DNA of 61,174 nt, filler included, from Sphacelaria rigidula (GCA_964200075.2; 4 parts of 4 records of this genome joined end to end with filler, not necessarily neighbours in it), one strand, 5' to 3'. Positions 36,796 through 51,400 are shown, counted from the whole stretch's first letter. Made by a program: numbers and translations. Notes: generated from the letters alone by a model not told the origin.

Positions 36796-39700
36796 AATGG
36801 AAGGCACGTGACTGATCAATTGGATATCTCACTTTATATAGTACTGTCGCGGCGACTATAGTGTATGCGCGGCGTGTTTACTTCAATGACATGTAAACCA
36901 GAGGCGAGGATGTTTTAGGAGCAGGTCCAGCCGTGGACTCTTCAAGGGATCGAAAACAAGTCTCATATCCGTAAAACTGAGTTTCCAGGATCCTAAGCAA
37001 CAGGATCTCGACGGTAGAAAAAGTTCAACACAGCAAGAGCCACCGTCGACCCCGAAGAACCACAATTATTCTGTACCCGGTGCACGTCGACTCAACATTT
37101 TACCACCCAGGTCACGGCCAATCGTTGCCTAAACATCAAGGGAGTAAATACACCTCACTTCGCGGTTCCATACCGTTCCACATTGGCGACACCGAGTCAG
37201 AAACGACTCCACGTGTGCGAAGCACTCGGAATACAGAGAAGAAGGCGGCACACCAACAAATATGGACAAGAATAAGAACAGCACCAATACCGATACCAAC
37301 ATCAACACACCCGCAACGGCCGCGGATGAGACCAACGTCAGGTCCCAACATGAGATAGGGGTTGCGATCAACCCGACCTGCCCAGGCCGGATGCGTCCCA
37401 TGTAAAGAAGCCGAAGGGCGGTCAGCGTCAACCGCCAAAAGACAACACAGTCAACGGGGAAGGGACACGCCAATAGATGCGGGGAACAGCGGGGAAGGTC
37501 GCTTCCACATCTTCTGGGAGGAAGATGACAGCAATGACCCAGACGATGACGGGTGCTGCTACCAGCATGCGAGGGGCTGTCAGATCACGCTTGTCCTCTA
37601 TAATTGAGGACAAGAAGTTGGAGGGCCCACAACTGGCTCTGCGAGCGGTCGAAAGACACGATGGGAAAGGTACCGACCCATCGACCTGGGCCCTCAGTGC
37701 GCCTAGAATACTGCCGCTATCATAAGACGAGCTTCAGCAAGTTGTCCAGGTAAACTGGTACGCGTGGACAAGCGAGTACAGAGGTGGAGCGTGGAACAAC
37801 GTGACGCCAGCAAATCGATAGTGCAGAACAGCGCACGGCACCAGCTAGGATTAGTAGCTAGGCCACACGTACAACTCCACCTCAGTTGATCGGGGCAAGT
37901 AACCTACATGCGGCACTTCAATCGCCTGCGCTAAAAAGTTCATACGAGTCGACACTTCGAGCTCCTACGCGCCGAAGTTGTGTTTATTCACAAATCATGG
38001 GAGTAAACTCTCGAAACACAGCGCGACAAGTCACCGTCATGCAGCACCTCAATGACCTGCACTAAACAGTTCACCCGGATCGTCCACCTAGATCCCTTGG
38101 GGCAAAAATCCGGTTCATTGACAGACCATGGGAGAAAATCCAGCATAAACCAAGCCGCTCATCACCGAAGAGGAGGTGAAAGGAACGAACACCGGTCACG
38201 TTTCACATTGAAACAATCTGACTTGTGCACAAGTATGATTTTACATGGGCGTAGATTGAAGATATTTCGATGATAATGCGTACGTACAGATCTAGAGTCG
38301 AAATAAATTCCAGTGATCGATGTAGGTCGGAAGTAATTGACCACCGTCGCATCAAGCACTTGCAACCGCTATTGTGGGATACTGCTCTAGACACCTACAA
38401 CAATCTAGTTACAGGCACGTTAGAGTGGCGTACGGGAGCAAAGCTCGAGCAGCTTTGGATGCAAGGTGGAGAGGTACACACTCGATCACCAGTAGCTTAG
38501 AACGAGTGGGTAGACGAATAAACGTATCTTCATTCTCCTCCAAACCGCATTATAATCCTTGCACGGGCCATGGCTGAACTGAACTTCGAGGGTCACCACA
38601 ATGCTGCCTCATACGCACTGGAAATGACCAAAGAACACCCACGCTTCTACCTGAAGCAGCTAGTACAGCACCACATGGTAGAGATTCCGACAGCTTCGCC
38701 CGTGAAATCAATTAAATCGCTACGTTCGAAGCAAGACTGCCAACTCACGTATGTGTCAAACCAGTATGGGAAGACCCGACGCCAAGAAACACGAAACATG
38801 AAACCAACAACCTCCGAGGCAGCACATCTCAAAACACCGATCTCTCTACGGCCCATGTCTCATCTGTCTCTATCGATTCTACATGGCAGCTCGCGAAAAC
38901 CGTAGCTGATCAAGGCCAACTGACAAGCTCGGACAGAGACAGGTTGAGGGAAAGCACATTCCACTCGGGAGACTCGGTCTTCCCGTTGGCAAGCTCTACG
39001 AAGCAACGGATGGAAAATATTCGAGTCAGACAGTTCAAGGTCTACGTCACGTGAAAGCTCCAGGACAGCCCGCGAGAAGGGCAGAAGAGATGGGCCTCCC
39101 ATGTAAAAGTGTTGTAAGTTTAAATACAACATCGAAAATGTCAGTTGACCAAAAGGTACAAGGATGCACTAGTTGCCTTCAGGTACTTGGTGGTGCTCAA
39201 TTCGGAGGCCCTCGCCTGATAGGGGTAAGGTGTCACAAGGGGAAAAGAGCAACTACTGGAGAGTCGTCAGGTACTGTTTCAACGCAAGTAGCAAGCGCGA
39301 TACTAGACAGACAGGAAGCGAAGGAAAATACCTAAAACCGCGAAATGGGTATCGGTCTCTGACTGGAGCCAAGAAGGTCGAGAAATGAGTGCGGTTTGCT
39401 AGGAATAGGGTAGCCCCTCCAGTGAGATTAAGTACGAGATCGTATGTAGAGGTGACTGCAGGGACTAGAGTCAAGCAAAAGCTAGATAGGTGTATAGTGG
39501 GTCAAAGTAGGGCGTGGAGTTACCAGCATAGAGATCTGTACATAAATCCCCAAGCGACTTTTGTATATAGATAAGCCACCTCAGAACAGTAATGTAAAAC
39601 ATCAATCAAAACGTTTGACCGTAAACTCCAACGAGTTTGAATCGTTCCACATCTCTGCGTTGGTTCTGTATCCCAGAACACCGGCCACTCTACATCGGGC

Positions 39701-42700
39701 ATCGACACACGTGCAGATACTGGCCAGAAACAGCAAGGCGATAGAGGCAGTGACCGGTGACTCTACTTCCGATCTACCCATGATTATTGCAAAGTTCATC
39801 CGTTCACACCTTACTCTGGGTGTAGGAGGGTTTCGGCCAGTTCCGCCTGGATCTTTCGATCGAGGGGGCATCGACAGCTCACCGGTCAAGACACTCAGAT
39901 TCATTATTTTTTTACCTCACGCTAGGAGACGAAAACCCCACCTGTCGAAGGCTTTGTGCTACAAGATCTCGGGTCAGATCGCATACTGATTGAGAACTCG
40001 ATAATGTACGCTTTCAGAGGGATCCTAAATTGGGAGGAAGAAACACGATCATTCCGCCACTAGTGGTTTGTCAAAACTAGACATGGGAGACGAGACAGAA
40101 AAAAATACCGGACGTGACGCTTTTTGCTTTGTCGTCAGATTAGGGACAACTGCTGAGCTGGTACCGGTATATCTCGCAAAAACAAGTTGTGTTCCTCCGC
40201 AAAGTGCAATGGTCCTTCATTCCGAAACGTATGGGCCACCGCCTGTAACTACCGCAGCGGCAGTTGAACCACGCTTTGTTAGAGAGGAAGATATTCTATC
40301 CTCTCCCCCGTACGGCAAGCTTCCAACAGCCTAATCGTAGCACGTGCGGCCTGTACACGGTGGGCGGTAAATTAGACAGCGATGATGCAAGTAGCTAATC
40401 CGTCCAGCAGGAACGTCCAACTGCAGCGAAACACGCCTCTAGGGTATATATCGCCTGTAAAAGACGCGTCAACGGAAAATATCAGTGCAACATCACAAAT
40501 CGAAGAGAATACTACTGACACACGACAAGAGTGAATGACGGTGTTCAAGAATGCATTTAAAAATGTACTTCTTTTCACAGGAGCAAAGATATCATCTTCT
40601 CGATCTGTGTTCAAAGTAGAGGACAGTAGTTTCGCCCTCTCTGTAGGATCTGCGTTGTTGCACAAGCGAGGAAGCTACATTCCCACTCAAACGAGGCACG
40701 CATGCAGTCGACCAAGCCCCGTAGCGGGCTAACCCAAGAATACGAGAGGTTATCGACAGATTCGTAGGTGAAATGGAACAGCATGGGAAAATCGAACGAA
40801 GACCCCGTCCGTGGGGTTCCGCGGCAGCCATTGTAAGCAAAGGCTAACGGCATCGCCCGATTTTGTGTTGACTACAGATCCACGCTCAACAAAAGTGTAG
40901 TCGGAGATCTTGGTCAATACCAGACATGAAATCTCATATAGACACGGTGGGAGACGCAAATATTTTCTCTTTCTCTGATGTGCAGAGCGCGTTCAATCAG
41001 ATCCCTATGGCGAAAGGAGAAGAAGAGAGAATAGCCTTCGTTACGATACAAGCTAAATGGGCATTCAATCGCCTGCCATGTGGCTTAGTATCATCACCAT
41101 GTATTTTTTCGCGAATAATAGCTCACCTTCCCACACGTCGACCAAAACGTGACATTTAGTGTACAGGAACGATTCGATCGCCCGTTCTCTCACGTGGGAA
41201 TTTTATTTAACTCTACTTGAAGACATGTTGAAGGCGCTGAATAAGCAGGTTTCACTCTCAAGTCACGAAAAGCACAGTGCGGACCAAAAGCGATGAAGTC
41301 CCTCGGTAACACATTGTCTGTCGACGGTATCAAAATAGAGGATACCGCGTTTAAGCCATAAGAGACTTACCCGAACCAACCAACACCAAGCAGTTGCGCT
41401 CAGTGCTTGGTATCATCAACTCGGTGGGTACAAGTTACCATAGAGTTCAGGTTGATCAAGAAATAAGTGCACACAGCCCTACCGTGCTGCGCGAGGATCG
41501 TTCGACCGTGCCACGGTGCTAGTCGCTCCAAGACTACGAGGTGGCTTGACCGGAGCTGGGCTACATTCTGCCCATAGTGGACACCTTTTACAAAAATCGC
41601 TAACCCTAACGTTAATTCACGGTGAACCGAGAACCCTGGGGGAAAGGGAGGTGTATAGAGCTACCTGGGCAAAGTGCGGCGTTGATAGACCCGAAATCGG
41701 CGCCGATTTGGACAAAAACGCGTTCTGCGCACGCGAGGAGTACACGGGACTGCCAGGCCCCACGAAATATTCGATTCTCGTCGTTCACACTCGAAACAAG
41801 TAACATCAACTATGGGTAGATTGTCGCCCAACTCCGGTTAGCTCCAACTGGAGACAACCGAGCAGTGGGTTCGAGGCAGTCGGCGAAAGGTTGGGAATCA
41901 CAACATGACGCAGCCTTCGCAGAAGTAAAACAGGTTGTGACGAGCGCTCCAGTACTACACTCTCTAGATTTTCTAAAAAACTCGCCATCGACGTAGATGC
42001 GTCAGAGGAAGGTGTCGGCTCGATTTTAGCCAAATGGAACAAAATAATGGCGATGATGTTGCGATCAGAACATATTCCGGCATTTCAACCATGCCCAACG
42101 GCATTACTCTGCTACGCTCAAGGAATGTCACACCTTGGTACTATTAGTATAGCATTGGCGCAACATTTTGCTTGTGCCACAGATCATGCCGAATTGAATC
42201 GTCTGTATGTGATACAGGACACAAGGAATAAGTCGACTAGGACTGTCGCGGCTTTTGAAATTCAAGCAGCAATGGGAAAACGAAGCTAAACTCCTGCTCG
42301 CGGTAGTCTATCGTAATGAATGAGAGGACCCCGCGTTGAACACAGCAAAACCACACCCAAACATTTCAAATTTCAGCGAAAAAACTCGACAATTCGAGAT
42401 CAGTGTAAAGCGACAGAGGACTCATCACCATCAAGTGGTCATACGCAAGCGAAAACAGTTCTTTTTATGACTGCCGACAAACAGAAGTTGCGAACCGAAC
42501 AGGCGAACAAACATGGCTCGTACATTCAGTATTTGACTGATGACAATGAACCAAAACCGGAAAAAAGGCGTTGACTTTCATGTCCTACTATTTTGTCCAA
42601 GACGGTATTTTTTTCAAGTCGTCCTTGCCAGGGCACCTCCGAGAAAAAGGTTCCTATCGCGATCGATTAATGCTACCAAACACTCCAATAGGGTTGGTTT

Positions 42701-44805
42701 TGCACTCGTATTAAGATCATGTGTTGTCCGGAGGTCAGCTAGTATTCAAAGCGACATACGGAAAAATCAGGGAAATATTCTGGTTGCCAACCAGTAGTAA
42801 TGATGTCCACAAATGGTGCTCCGAGTGTCAAACATATCATCGGCGCAAAATGGCTCACAACCATCCAAAGCTAATGACCGGTCACATGTAAGGGGAGAGG
42901 TCGTTCGAGCGAGTATCGGCATATCTGGTCGAATAAAAAGCGATTTCGAATTCGTCCACCGGAGTACCGTGCAAGTATGTGATATCCGTCGTGGACCATT
43001 TCACGTGTCATGCACTGTTTGTACCGATTACCTTTTATACCAGCAATAATGCTGGTCGGCCGAGTTGTGGCAACTTTCGACATACCAGAGAACAACGTCG
43101 TTCCTCTCGAGGTAAATCAGTTTCTCAGAGAGAACACTCAAATTTACACGCCATGTTAGCGACGCTTAGCTCCGTGAAACAGGACAACTGGGTAACTATG
43201 CTACCCCTTGTGCAGATGGCGTATGATACATCCTTCGACACTATAGTGCGGGAGACCCCGTAATATCTCACGTTCGGGCGTAAGCTGAAAATGGCAGCTG
43301 ACATTAATGTGGGTATTCCCGACGCGGGGCACGCGGCGGATGCTGAAGAGTACACGAAAGAAACGAAAAACAGTTTGCAGCTTGCTTTTGAACTCGTTAG
43401 ACGCGACTAGAAAAAACGAGCAGACAAACTGAGAACAAGAGATCACAAGCTGAAGCCATACCCGGTTTTTACACCTGTCCAAAAAGTAATAACATATCGG
43501 CCACACCGAGACGCAGACGGTCCAAATCCGAAATCAGTACAGTAGTACCGTGGCGGGTCCCTTTGCACGATCTGTTCTTACGTATCTCCAGTGGTGTGCA
43601 AAGTCAAGTGAGGCGATGATGCTAAGGAGACGTCAGTATATCTCGCTCACATTAAACGGTTTTATCCACAAGAGAACCACCGGCTCCCGAGTTCGATCAA
43701 CTTCCGGAAATTTTCCTGGGAGATCTACCCCTCCCGCAGGTTGACCATCCGGATGTAACGAAACCAAAGATCGACCGTTGCACCGTCGACACAGAGGTGG
43801 GCCAAAAACGTGGTCCAGGCAGAAAAAACCACCTCACCAACAAATACCGTCTTCGACTCAACGGTTAATATCCATCAGCAGACCTGGACTATATCGCAGA
43901 GCGGAAGAGGTTCCACGATATCAACACCGTATAGATGCGTGTAGAGTAGAACACAAATTGATCGACGCGCCTCTACCTGACCCACCTTCTCAAGATACAA
44001 GAATAAGAAAGCGGGCTGGTGAATAGCATTGTGCCTTGCGGTAAGAAGATTTCACAAAGTGCATCCAAGATTAATCTAATATCAGGACAGCATTGGCGTC
44101 ACAGAACTTGTGACGTCACCGGTGAAGACAGACTCGGTCCAGTGATGAAGCTCGTATCAGTAAAACAAATGGGGTCTTGCTAACAAGGATAGTCATAAAC
44201 ATTTTTTCAACTCAGAATGGAGTACTCCAAGGATAGGAAAGGCAAACGCACCATCGTTTTGTCTCTGATGTTAGCTCATCCCCTTCGACCCTAGATCGCA
44301 GTAGTCACTACAAGCTCCACTACACTGCATGTCATTGAGCGGAGCTTATACTGGCGCGCTAGTTCATATGGTAATTTATGCAGGTTCTTGATCCGATGCA
44401 AAGTCACCGGACGGGACCTTGTATAAAAGAGGACATCCGAGGCTTACCAACATATCTTTACATGAGCTTGTAGAGGGACGTTGATGAAGCTTGCTGGCTA
44501 ATATGTAAACACCCAGCATAGAGGTTATGACAAGTTCAAATACAGGCCAGTACAGCAGTATCACAAACACAATACGAAGTGGAATCCTAGGAGGGTTCTC
44601 TGGAAGGTTCGCATCGATCCCTTTAAGAGAGACTCAAGATGCATCAAGGGGGGGGCGGGGGGGGGGGGGGGGGGCGGGTCCTTCTGAGTTTGCCGTCCGT
44701 CGGCATGTGCTCCCCCACAAGGGCGGGGGGGGGGGGCGGCGCTTCACCCNNNNNNNNNNTGGGAGCTGGTTTTGGAGGGTGCTAGGCTACGTCGCGGGAG
44801 GGATG

Positions 44806-44850
<45 letters not shown>

Positions 44851-45694
44851 GCTCTCATGATCTTGCATGCCGTAGTCATTTGCATCCCTACAAAGCTGGG
44901 GCAGGGCGCGCCAGATTTCCGCCCGAGCAGGTTCGCCATCAATCACCAAGCAAGAAGCGCCGTGGTGTGTTCGACGAGTCACATGAATGGTAAGCTGCAT
45001 CCCGCTAAGACCGTCCGGTCCGAGGCGTGCTGATTATCTTGCATATGGATGACAGCCTACAATGAGTTGCTTTACTATCGAGTATCGCCACTTCCAGAGA
45101 TAGTCACGATTATGCTGCCTCATGGGTGTTTCATCATCCAAACACTGCGAAGTACGATCATCCCCTTTGCACGGATTTGAGGTTCTCTACCCCGCATAAT
45201 ATGATCTAACTTGACCACCATCATGGGTCCCGAAAAAACGAACCGAGCGAGAGAAAAACAGTAATCTGGTTACCCAGCTCAGGCAGTTAGTGGCGTGTTC
45301 GACAGCATCATTGCCAACAAACACCATCCCGAGGGAGATTTCCTTTCATCATGGAGTGGAAAGGGGGGTGCGAAGGTATGTGCGGATTGATCACCCATAT
45401 GACACGTACACCGGAGACGAGGCCGATATAGGAACAGGTCCAAGTGTGGATTATTCGATAGGCCCGACACTCTCATATCGGTACAGCCGAGTTTTCGGGT
45501 CCCTAGGCAACGGGCTCCCCGACGGTAGAAAGAGTTAAACATAACAAGAGCCGCCGTCGACCCCTAGAGAGTCACAATTATTCTGTACCCGGTGCAGGTC
45601 GACTCAACACCATATCACCCACGTCACGGCCAATCCTTGCCGGAATATCAATAAAGAAATTACGCCTCACTTCGGGGTTCCAAACCGTTCCACA
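36796..45694 (+). mobile_element. Degenerate Ty3/Gypsy LTR retrotransposon
   Basis: Diverged LTRs at ~36796-37182 and ~45369-45694 share CACAATTATTCTGTACCCGGTGCA.GTCGACTCAACA...CCGTTCCACA. PBS TGGCGACACCGAG at 37184; polypurine tract at ~45353-45368. Broken pol in RT-RH-INT order: RFCVDYR and SDVQSAFNQIP..IAFVT..FNRLPCGL (40850-41150); APVL..IDVDASEEGVG (41945-42030); VVDHFT and NWVTMLPLVQMAY..ETP (42980-43280). Confidence 0.88.
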
Positions 45695-45859
45695 GTACCT
45701 TCTGGATCCAGGAGTAGCGATAAAAAATTCCCCTTCATTATTCTTTCTTAGATATTCAGGGGATTCATACCCTCACGCCCCCCCCCCCACCCCCCCCCCC
45801 CCCCCCCCCCACACCCCCCCCCCCCCCCCCCCCCCCCCACCCCCCCCCGAACCCCACAC

Positions 45860-45959
45860 NNNNNNNNNNNNNNNNNNNNNNNNNNNNNNNNNNNNNNNNN
45901 NNNTTAATTAATTAANNNNNNNNNNNNNNNNNNNNNNNNNNNNNNNNNNNNNNNNNNNN
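45860..45959. other. Assembly scaffold spacer
   Basis: 100-bp N block with TTAATTAATTAA. Confidence 0.97.
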
Positions 45960-45979
45960 GTTTTTTTGGGGTTCGGGGC

Positions 45980-46135
45980 CCAATGTTCTTTGCTTTATGG
46001 CTTTCTGTTTCTTGGTTTCTCCCCCCCCCCCCCTTCTCAAGCGAGTGTGTCAGTCTCGTTTCGTCTCTCGGGTATGTCCACCATGTGAACACGGCTGGAT
46101 TCTCAGTTGAGGGTGCGACGATCAGTCAATCAATC
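45980..46135 (+). mobile_element. LINE/SINE 3' tail fragment
   Basis: CGGGTATGTCC...GTGAACACGGCTGGAT...GTGCGACGATCAGTCAATCAATC. Confidence 0.6.
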
Positions 46136-46809
46136 GATATTGCTCAAACGTTGGATTACACCCCCTTCCCGCTGAAATGGTTCGGGAAGTGGGTGAGCTG
46201 ATTTTGGACTCGGGAAAGTGTGAGGGGAGGGGAAGAGATCATAAAGCTGTAGGGTGGAGAGAACATGTTCTCATGATACGGCTTGCGTGTTTGCGAGCTT
46301 CACCATTCGCGCGTAAACTCCCATGTAAGGGGCCGGAACGGTGTGTAATCCCCACTCCATCGTGTTTAGGGGGGGATTAAACCGATTTCATCCGCGGGTT
46401 GGGGGAAACGGGGGGTCGGAGAAAAATCCTTCACTATCCACACGTTCTATCAATGCATTCGCGTGATTAGGTGCATCACCATTCGTTTCTAACACGCCAA
46501 AACGGTAGATACCACCCTGTCATAATGTTTTAAGGGGCGAATGCCTGCATACCATCCCTGGGTAAGGAACTATTTGTAGTTTTAAATTCTCTTCTATGTT
46601 TCAAACATCCCAAAAAAGCTCCCATATAATCCAAAAGTAATGGCATTCGCACGCTATAGGTAGAAACAGTGAATACGACCCCCCCAATTCACGGTAGAGA
46701 CCATCCCCCGAGGACGTCTATTTTTTCGTCCCCTGCGCCACCATGTACCCCTCCCAAATCCAACTAGATTGATGCTTTATATACTAAAGCCGTATCAGCG
46801 CGGCGTGGG

Positions 46810-47900
46810 CGCGTATCCGAAAATATAGCTCTCAACTCCACGACCGACCCAACGCCGAGCTATCCTTGAAAGTTCGACTGCTTAAAGCGGAGGTGGTGGA
46901 AGCTCTGTTGTATTAATGTGCCACATGGGCGCTCCGTTCTGAGGACTGCGACAGTCTACGGACTGCCCATAATAACAATCTCTTGCTGCGAGCGGTTGGA
47001 TTCCGCAGGAAAGATCGAAATGGCTACAAGACTCTTTCGTACAGAGCGGTGCTGGAGATGACCAAATGCAGACATATCGAGACGACTATCCGCAAATGCC
47101 AACTACTACTCTGCTTCGAGGGGGCCCTTGTCCGGCTGAAGGAAACACGTCTTGTCAAGCGCATTATGACGGTCGGTTAATCGCACGAGGGCCCAAGGAG
47201 GCCGGCCGCCCTCCCAAGCAATGGGAGGATACCCTCCAGGAGAACCTACGTGCACTAGGGGTTGTCCCGCACAAAGAAGCCCGACGGAAATGGTTCGTCT
47301 ACGTTGTAGAGGTTAACGATGCATACGATTGGGTCACTGCCGCGAATATTTTGGGTAAATGGCATATTGGGTTTGAAAAAGAAGCGGGACAGTTTGGGGA
47401 CACGTGGCGACGCGCGGGCAAACTAGAATTAGACCGGCGTCACAAACGAGAGGCTGCTGCGCCGAGGGCCGCCAATCGAAGAATCCTGTCTACCCATATC
47501 GGTTGTTGATCATGTCCTTAGTCGGTGGCTCTGCGGTGCCCACTGGTGTGTGTCTGTATTTATTCTGCTGCCTTGAATCCCTTGGGCTTTTCCCTTTTTT
47601 CTTTTTTTCTTTTCGTTGTTATCTTCTTTTGTTCTTTTGTTTTCTTTCCTTTCCTTTTTTTTGTTCTAGACCGGCCATTTCTTGCTGTGCTTTGCTTTTC
47701 TTGACTTTTTATTTATTTTTGTTATCTTTACGTCTTAGTCTACTATGTCGTAATGTTCGACTTTTCTGTTCCTCCTTTTTCTTCAGCGAGTGATTCGGTT
47801 CTGTTTTGTGTTGGGTACGTCTCTCATGTGACCACGGCTGGATCATGACTCCTGGGGGATCATCAGTTAAAGTGCGACAACCAACCAATCATCCAATCAA
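46810..47900 (+). mobile_element. 5'-truncated RTE-clade non-LTR retrotransposon
   Basis: Frameshifted C-terminal ORF remnant LKVRLLKAEVVEALLY*CATW...LLRAVGF..LSYRAVL..IETTIRK..L...R..ETRLVKRIM...GRPPKQWEDTL, typical of the post-RT region of RTE elements. Followed by a pyrimidine-rich 3'UTR and a CAAC/CAAT repeat tail. Confidence 0.8.
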
Positions 47901-48413
47901 AACTATTATGCGTCACCTATCGAATTTGGGGATCTCAACCCTTTTACCGCCAGGGTAGGCCATCTGGTTCACGCAGTAAGTGATGGCGATTCAACAGATG
48001 ACTTGCTTCATCAAAGGGTTATTGAGTTTTCTCATTCGTTGAAGTCGAACAACTCAAAAACGTGGCCTTGACTCGACCATCACGGTCGTTCCTTACGGCA
48101 GGAAGCGAGGCGGGCATCATACAAAACTAATAGCGCACACGCTTGATCATGTCGTCATGTCACCCCCGCCAGTCTCTTCTTCACTTAATGCCACACAGCG
48201 CTACCCTATCCGGTGTGTACACTGGTACTCCTTTCGCACCTGCTGTTTGTCATAAGACAGAATACAAAATCCTGACGAATCCATCGACACGAAAAGCTAA
48301 CTATTGCACCATCATACCATCATACCATTATTATCTTCCGTCTACAACACCATGCCAACAACCCTCGGATTGTTCACTTTCAGCGGGGCTCCAGCTCACC
48401 TTCCACAGCCGTC

Positions 48414-51400
48414 CTACTTGTGCGACGCCAGCGACACGGGGACACCCACCCCGGCAATGGTCGTGCCCTGCTGATCTCCTTCGGAGGTAGACACACCGAC
48501 CCCGCCCTTCTTCGCAGCGATGCCATTTGATCCTGCGCTTGTGCGACCAGTCACGGGAGGCAGAGGACCGGACGGCACAGCCGAAATCGACGTAGGAGCA
48601 AGGACAACTCCAGGCGCAGAGGCGAAACCGGCAACCCCAGACGCAGACGGGTAAGTCGTTGCCCCAGCAGCAACAACCTCGGGCGTAAAGCCACGCCCCT
48701 TGACTCCAGTCGGGTAACTATAAGTTGCTTCTGCGTTTCGTGCCACCGCTCTTCTCCCATCGCTGTCTCCCACCCCGAACCAAAGCCTACCACCAGTGCT
48801 CGTAGCTGTACCGCTTATCGCCTCCTTTGCGTTCCCGGAAATTCCCTGGGAACTTTCGTGACTGTCACCGAAGCCACCTGCAGCGTCCGCGCTACGGGAG
48901 AGTCCTCGGCAGTCTGATGAGCCGATGTCGTGCTCGCCGGAACGGCAACCACCGCTAATATCTACCCCGGCGACAGGTGACAGGGCAAAACACGATGCAA
49001 AACACGATGCAAAACACAAGACACGTTGACGTATTTTGGCACGGAGAATGATTACCGGGTCTGCGCATTACAACATCCCATGGCCCTCTCACGGTTGTGT
49101 AAAACACACCACACGCCACAACGCGCGTCGAATTACCCACATTGCAACCAGATAGCGAAGATTATGCGTAGCCAAGAGATTTCCCCTGTGTGGTGTGCGT
49201 TGTGACTTTGGTACACGGTACATGACGAGGGCCCTGAGGGAAGGTGGCCGCCTCGGGTCCGGCTAAACACGCGAAGATACCGCCGAACAGCGATACCAAA
49301 CTTTTCTGGGATTGGCATCAGGCAGTACGTGGAGAACGGAACAGAAATCGACAAGTTACCGTTCGTATTAGAAAACAATGCGCATGAAACGCTTTGCAGG
49401 TTGGAGAATACGGATTATCATGGAGAAAAAACTCTCCGTACCCCCGTAAGTGTAGTACGCGCTCGTAAAAACTTTACCGTCCTTCATTAATACCTGGCGG
49501 GGGGACAGGGAAGCCGTCCTCCCTCAGGTCTTGAGAGTCGTCTGAATTGGGTGGATGAAGTGGAGAAAAATCGACTGTTTAGCTTTCATACCTGTTGCGA
49601 ACTCCGGTCGGGAGTAAGTACGGTAGAGCAACAAAAGCTAGCTATGATCGGGTTTGCCTGCCGTACTACCGACAGCGTTGCGTGAAAGCCACAAGACCTC
49701 TGCTTTCCGCGGTTGATGGCGTGGATCTCAAATGCAACGACAAGTGGTTGATCGTAGAGCACTCCCATCCCAGCTTGTAATGCATGATCTCCTCACATCG
49801 GAATAATTGTGGAAAGCTACTCGTAATGTACGGAGGTGTTCACGCGACCAGCGTGTGCTCCAGATTGCAGCATGAACGGACTCCTGTGCGGCACACTGGC
49901 AACAGTTAGGTCACCACCATACGTATCTTTTTTCACTCCGCATGTCAAGGAGGTCTAAAGAAGTGTTTGATCTCTCATACACCCCCCTCAGCTGGCGTGT
50001 GGTACGCTCATCTCGTCAGGCACCCAGAGGGTCAGATGTGGGTAAACCCAACGATGAATAACACCCCCCAACTTCAAACTGGATCTATTTGTTACGGCCG
50101 CACCACCGCCCTTGCCGGCATACGTGTGAAAGAGAACATTAGTAGCGGTGACGGGAACATTGCCCTGGTTTTCAACGACATGTTTTCCAGCGCACAGAGG
50201 CGCGTCCTGTCCAAAAGGAGAGGCAAAGAGAAATCGATCTTCGCATCGGCGAGCTCGACAGGCAATTGTAAGAAGAGAGGAAATGTCTTCGCAGCTCGAT
50301 GTTTCGGCGCATGGAAAATTGGGCACATGCTGGTAACATCGATGATGTCGGTCTCTCGAGAGTTTGGTAGTCGCCGAGCGAGGACACGCAAAGGACACGG
50401 GCGTGGAGCTTCCTCTCTGTCGTTGCTTCTCTCTCTGGTGATATCGTCAGCACGCGTGTACACCGCATTCGTTAGGTGCACCTAGCCACAGCTGCTTGAC
50501 TGCTGCGGACATTTGGGGGGGAAGATGGCTTCGCTCGGTCGTAAGTGTGTCACGCCATCCCTGCCAAAAAGAAATGCCACTTCCACCTCATTTTTGAGAT
50601 GGACCCCATTTTTCAGGATCCAGTGTTAATGCTTGCTTACTCGCCCAAGTGCTGGGAGACATAGCTGTGCGTGTCCCTCTTTGGGGGCTGTGCACGTCGA
50701 GGGTGTGATCCACGCGTGGCTACTTCTGATGATATCGGTGACGATGGGAATGCGGCCAGCTGTGCACTCCATCATGAGCCGAACAGCCCACGCGTGGCAA
50801 CCATTTTACTATCCCTTCTGCATCGTCATCGGATTGTTCCTCCGCGCCGTCCTCACTCTTTTTATATTCCATCATGATTAATTTATGTGGGAGTAATTTC
50901 GGAGGCAAGAAGAATGGAGCATCAGCCCTCAAGCAGTCACACGGACGAAACACACAATACAAGTATACATACACACACAAATACAAACCGCCAGAATCAT
51001 TCTCATTGTCACAGAGCGTTCTTACTTTTGATGTCTCGTTAAGACGGGCCTGATGGGATTACACGATTATAGTTGACTTCACGATGAGCCTACGGAGACT
51101 ATTATTGAAGAAAAATGAAGCATAAAATCGACAAAATGGCAACTACAAATCTGTTCTGCAACAAAAGCCCCGCATGAGTATAGTACGGAGGCTTATATAT
51201 TGGATTCGGGTGTGCATGTCCGATCAGAGTGGGTATACAACAGACAGTATCCCGCAGAGACAGCAAGGGACTCTACTTTGCGGTGCATTCACCGGCAAAG
51301 GCCTCTAAGCGCACATCCTCCAAGATCAACACAGACAACATCACTCAACCTCGGAGCGCTCTGGCAAAAGCGAAGCTATCATATTCATGCCTCCTTCTGT

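Noticed and set aside
50440-50481. In-frame TGA after Cys as possible selenocysteine
   Set aside because: The surrounding region has many other stops and frameshifts, and no SECIS or redox motif was recognised; pseudogene decay is simpler
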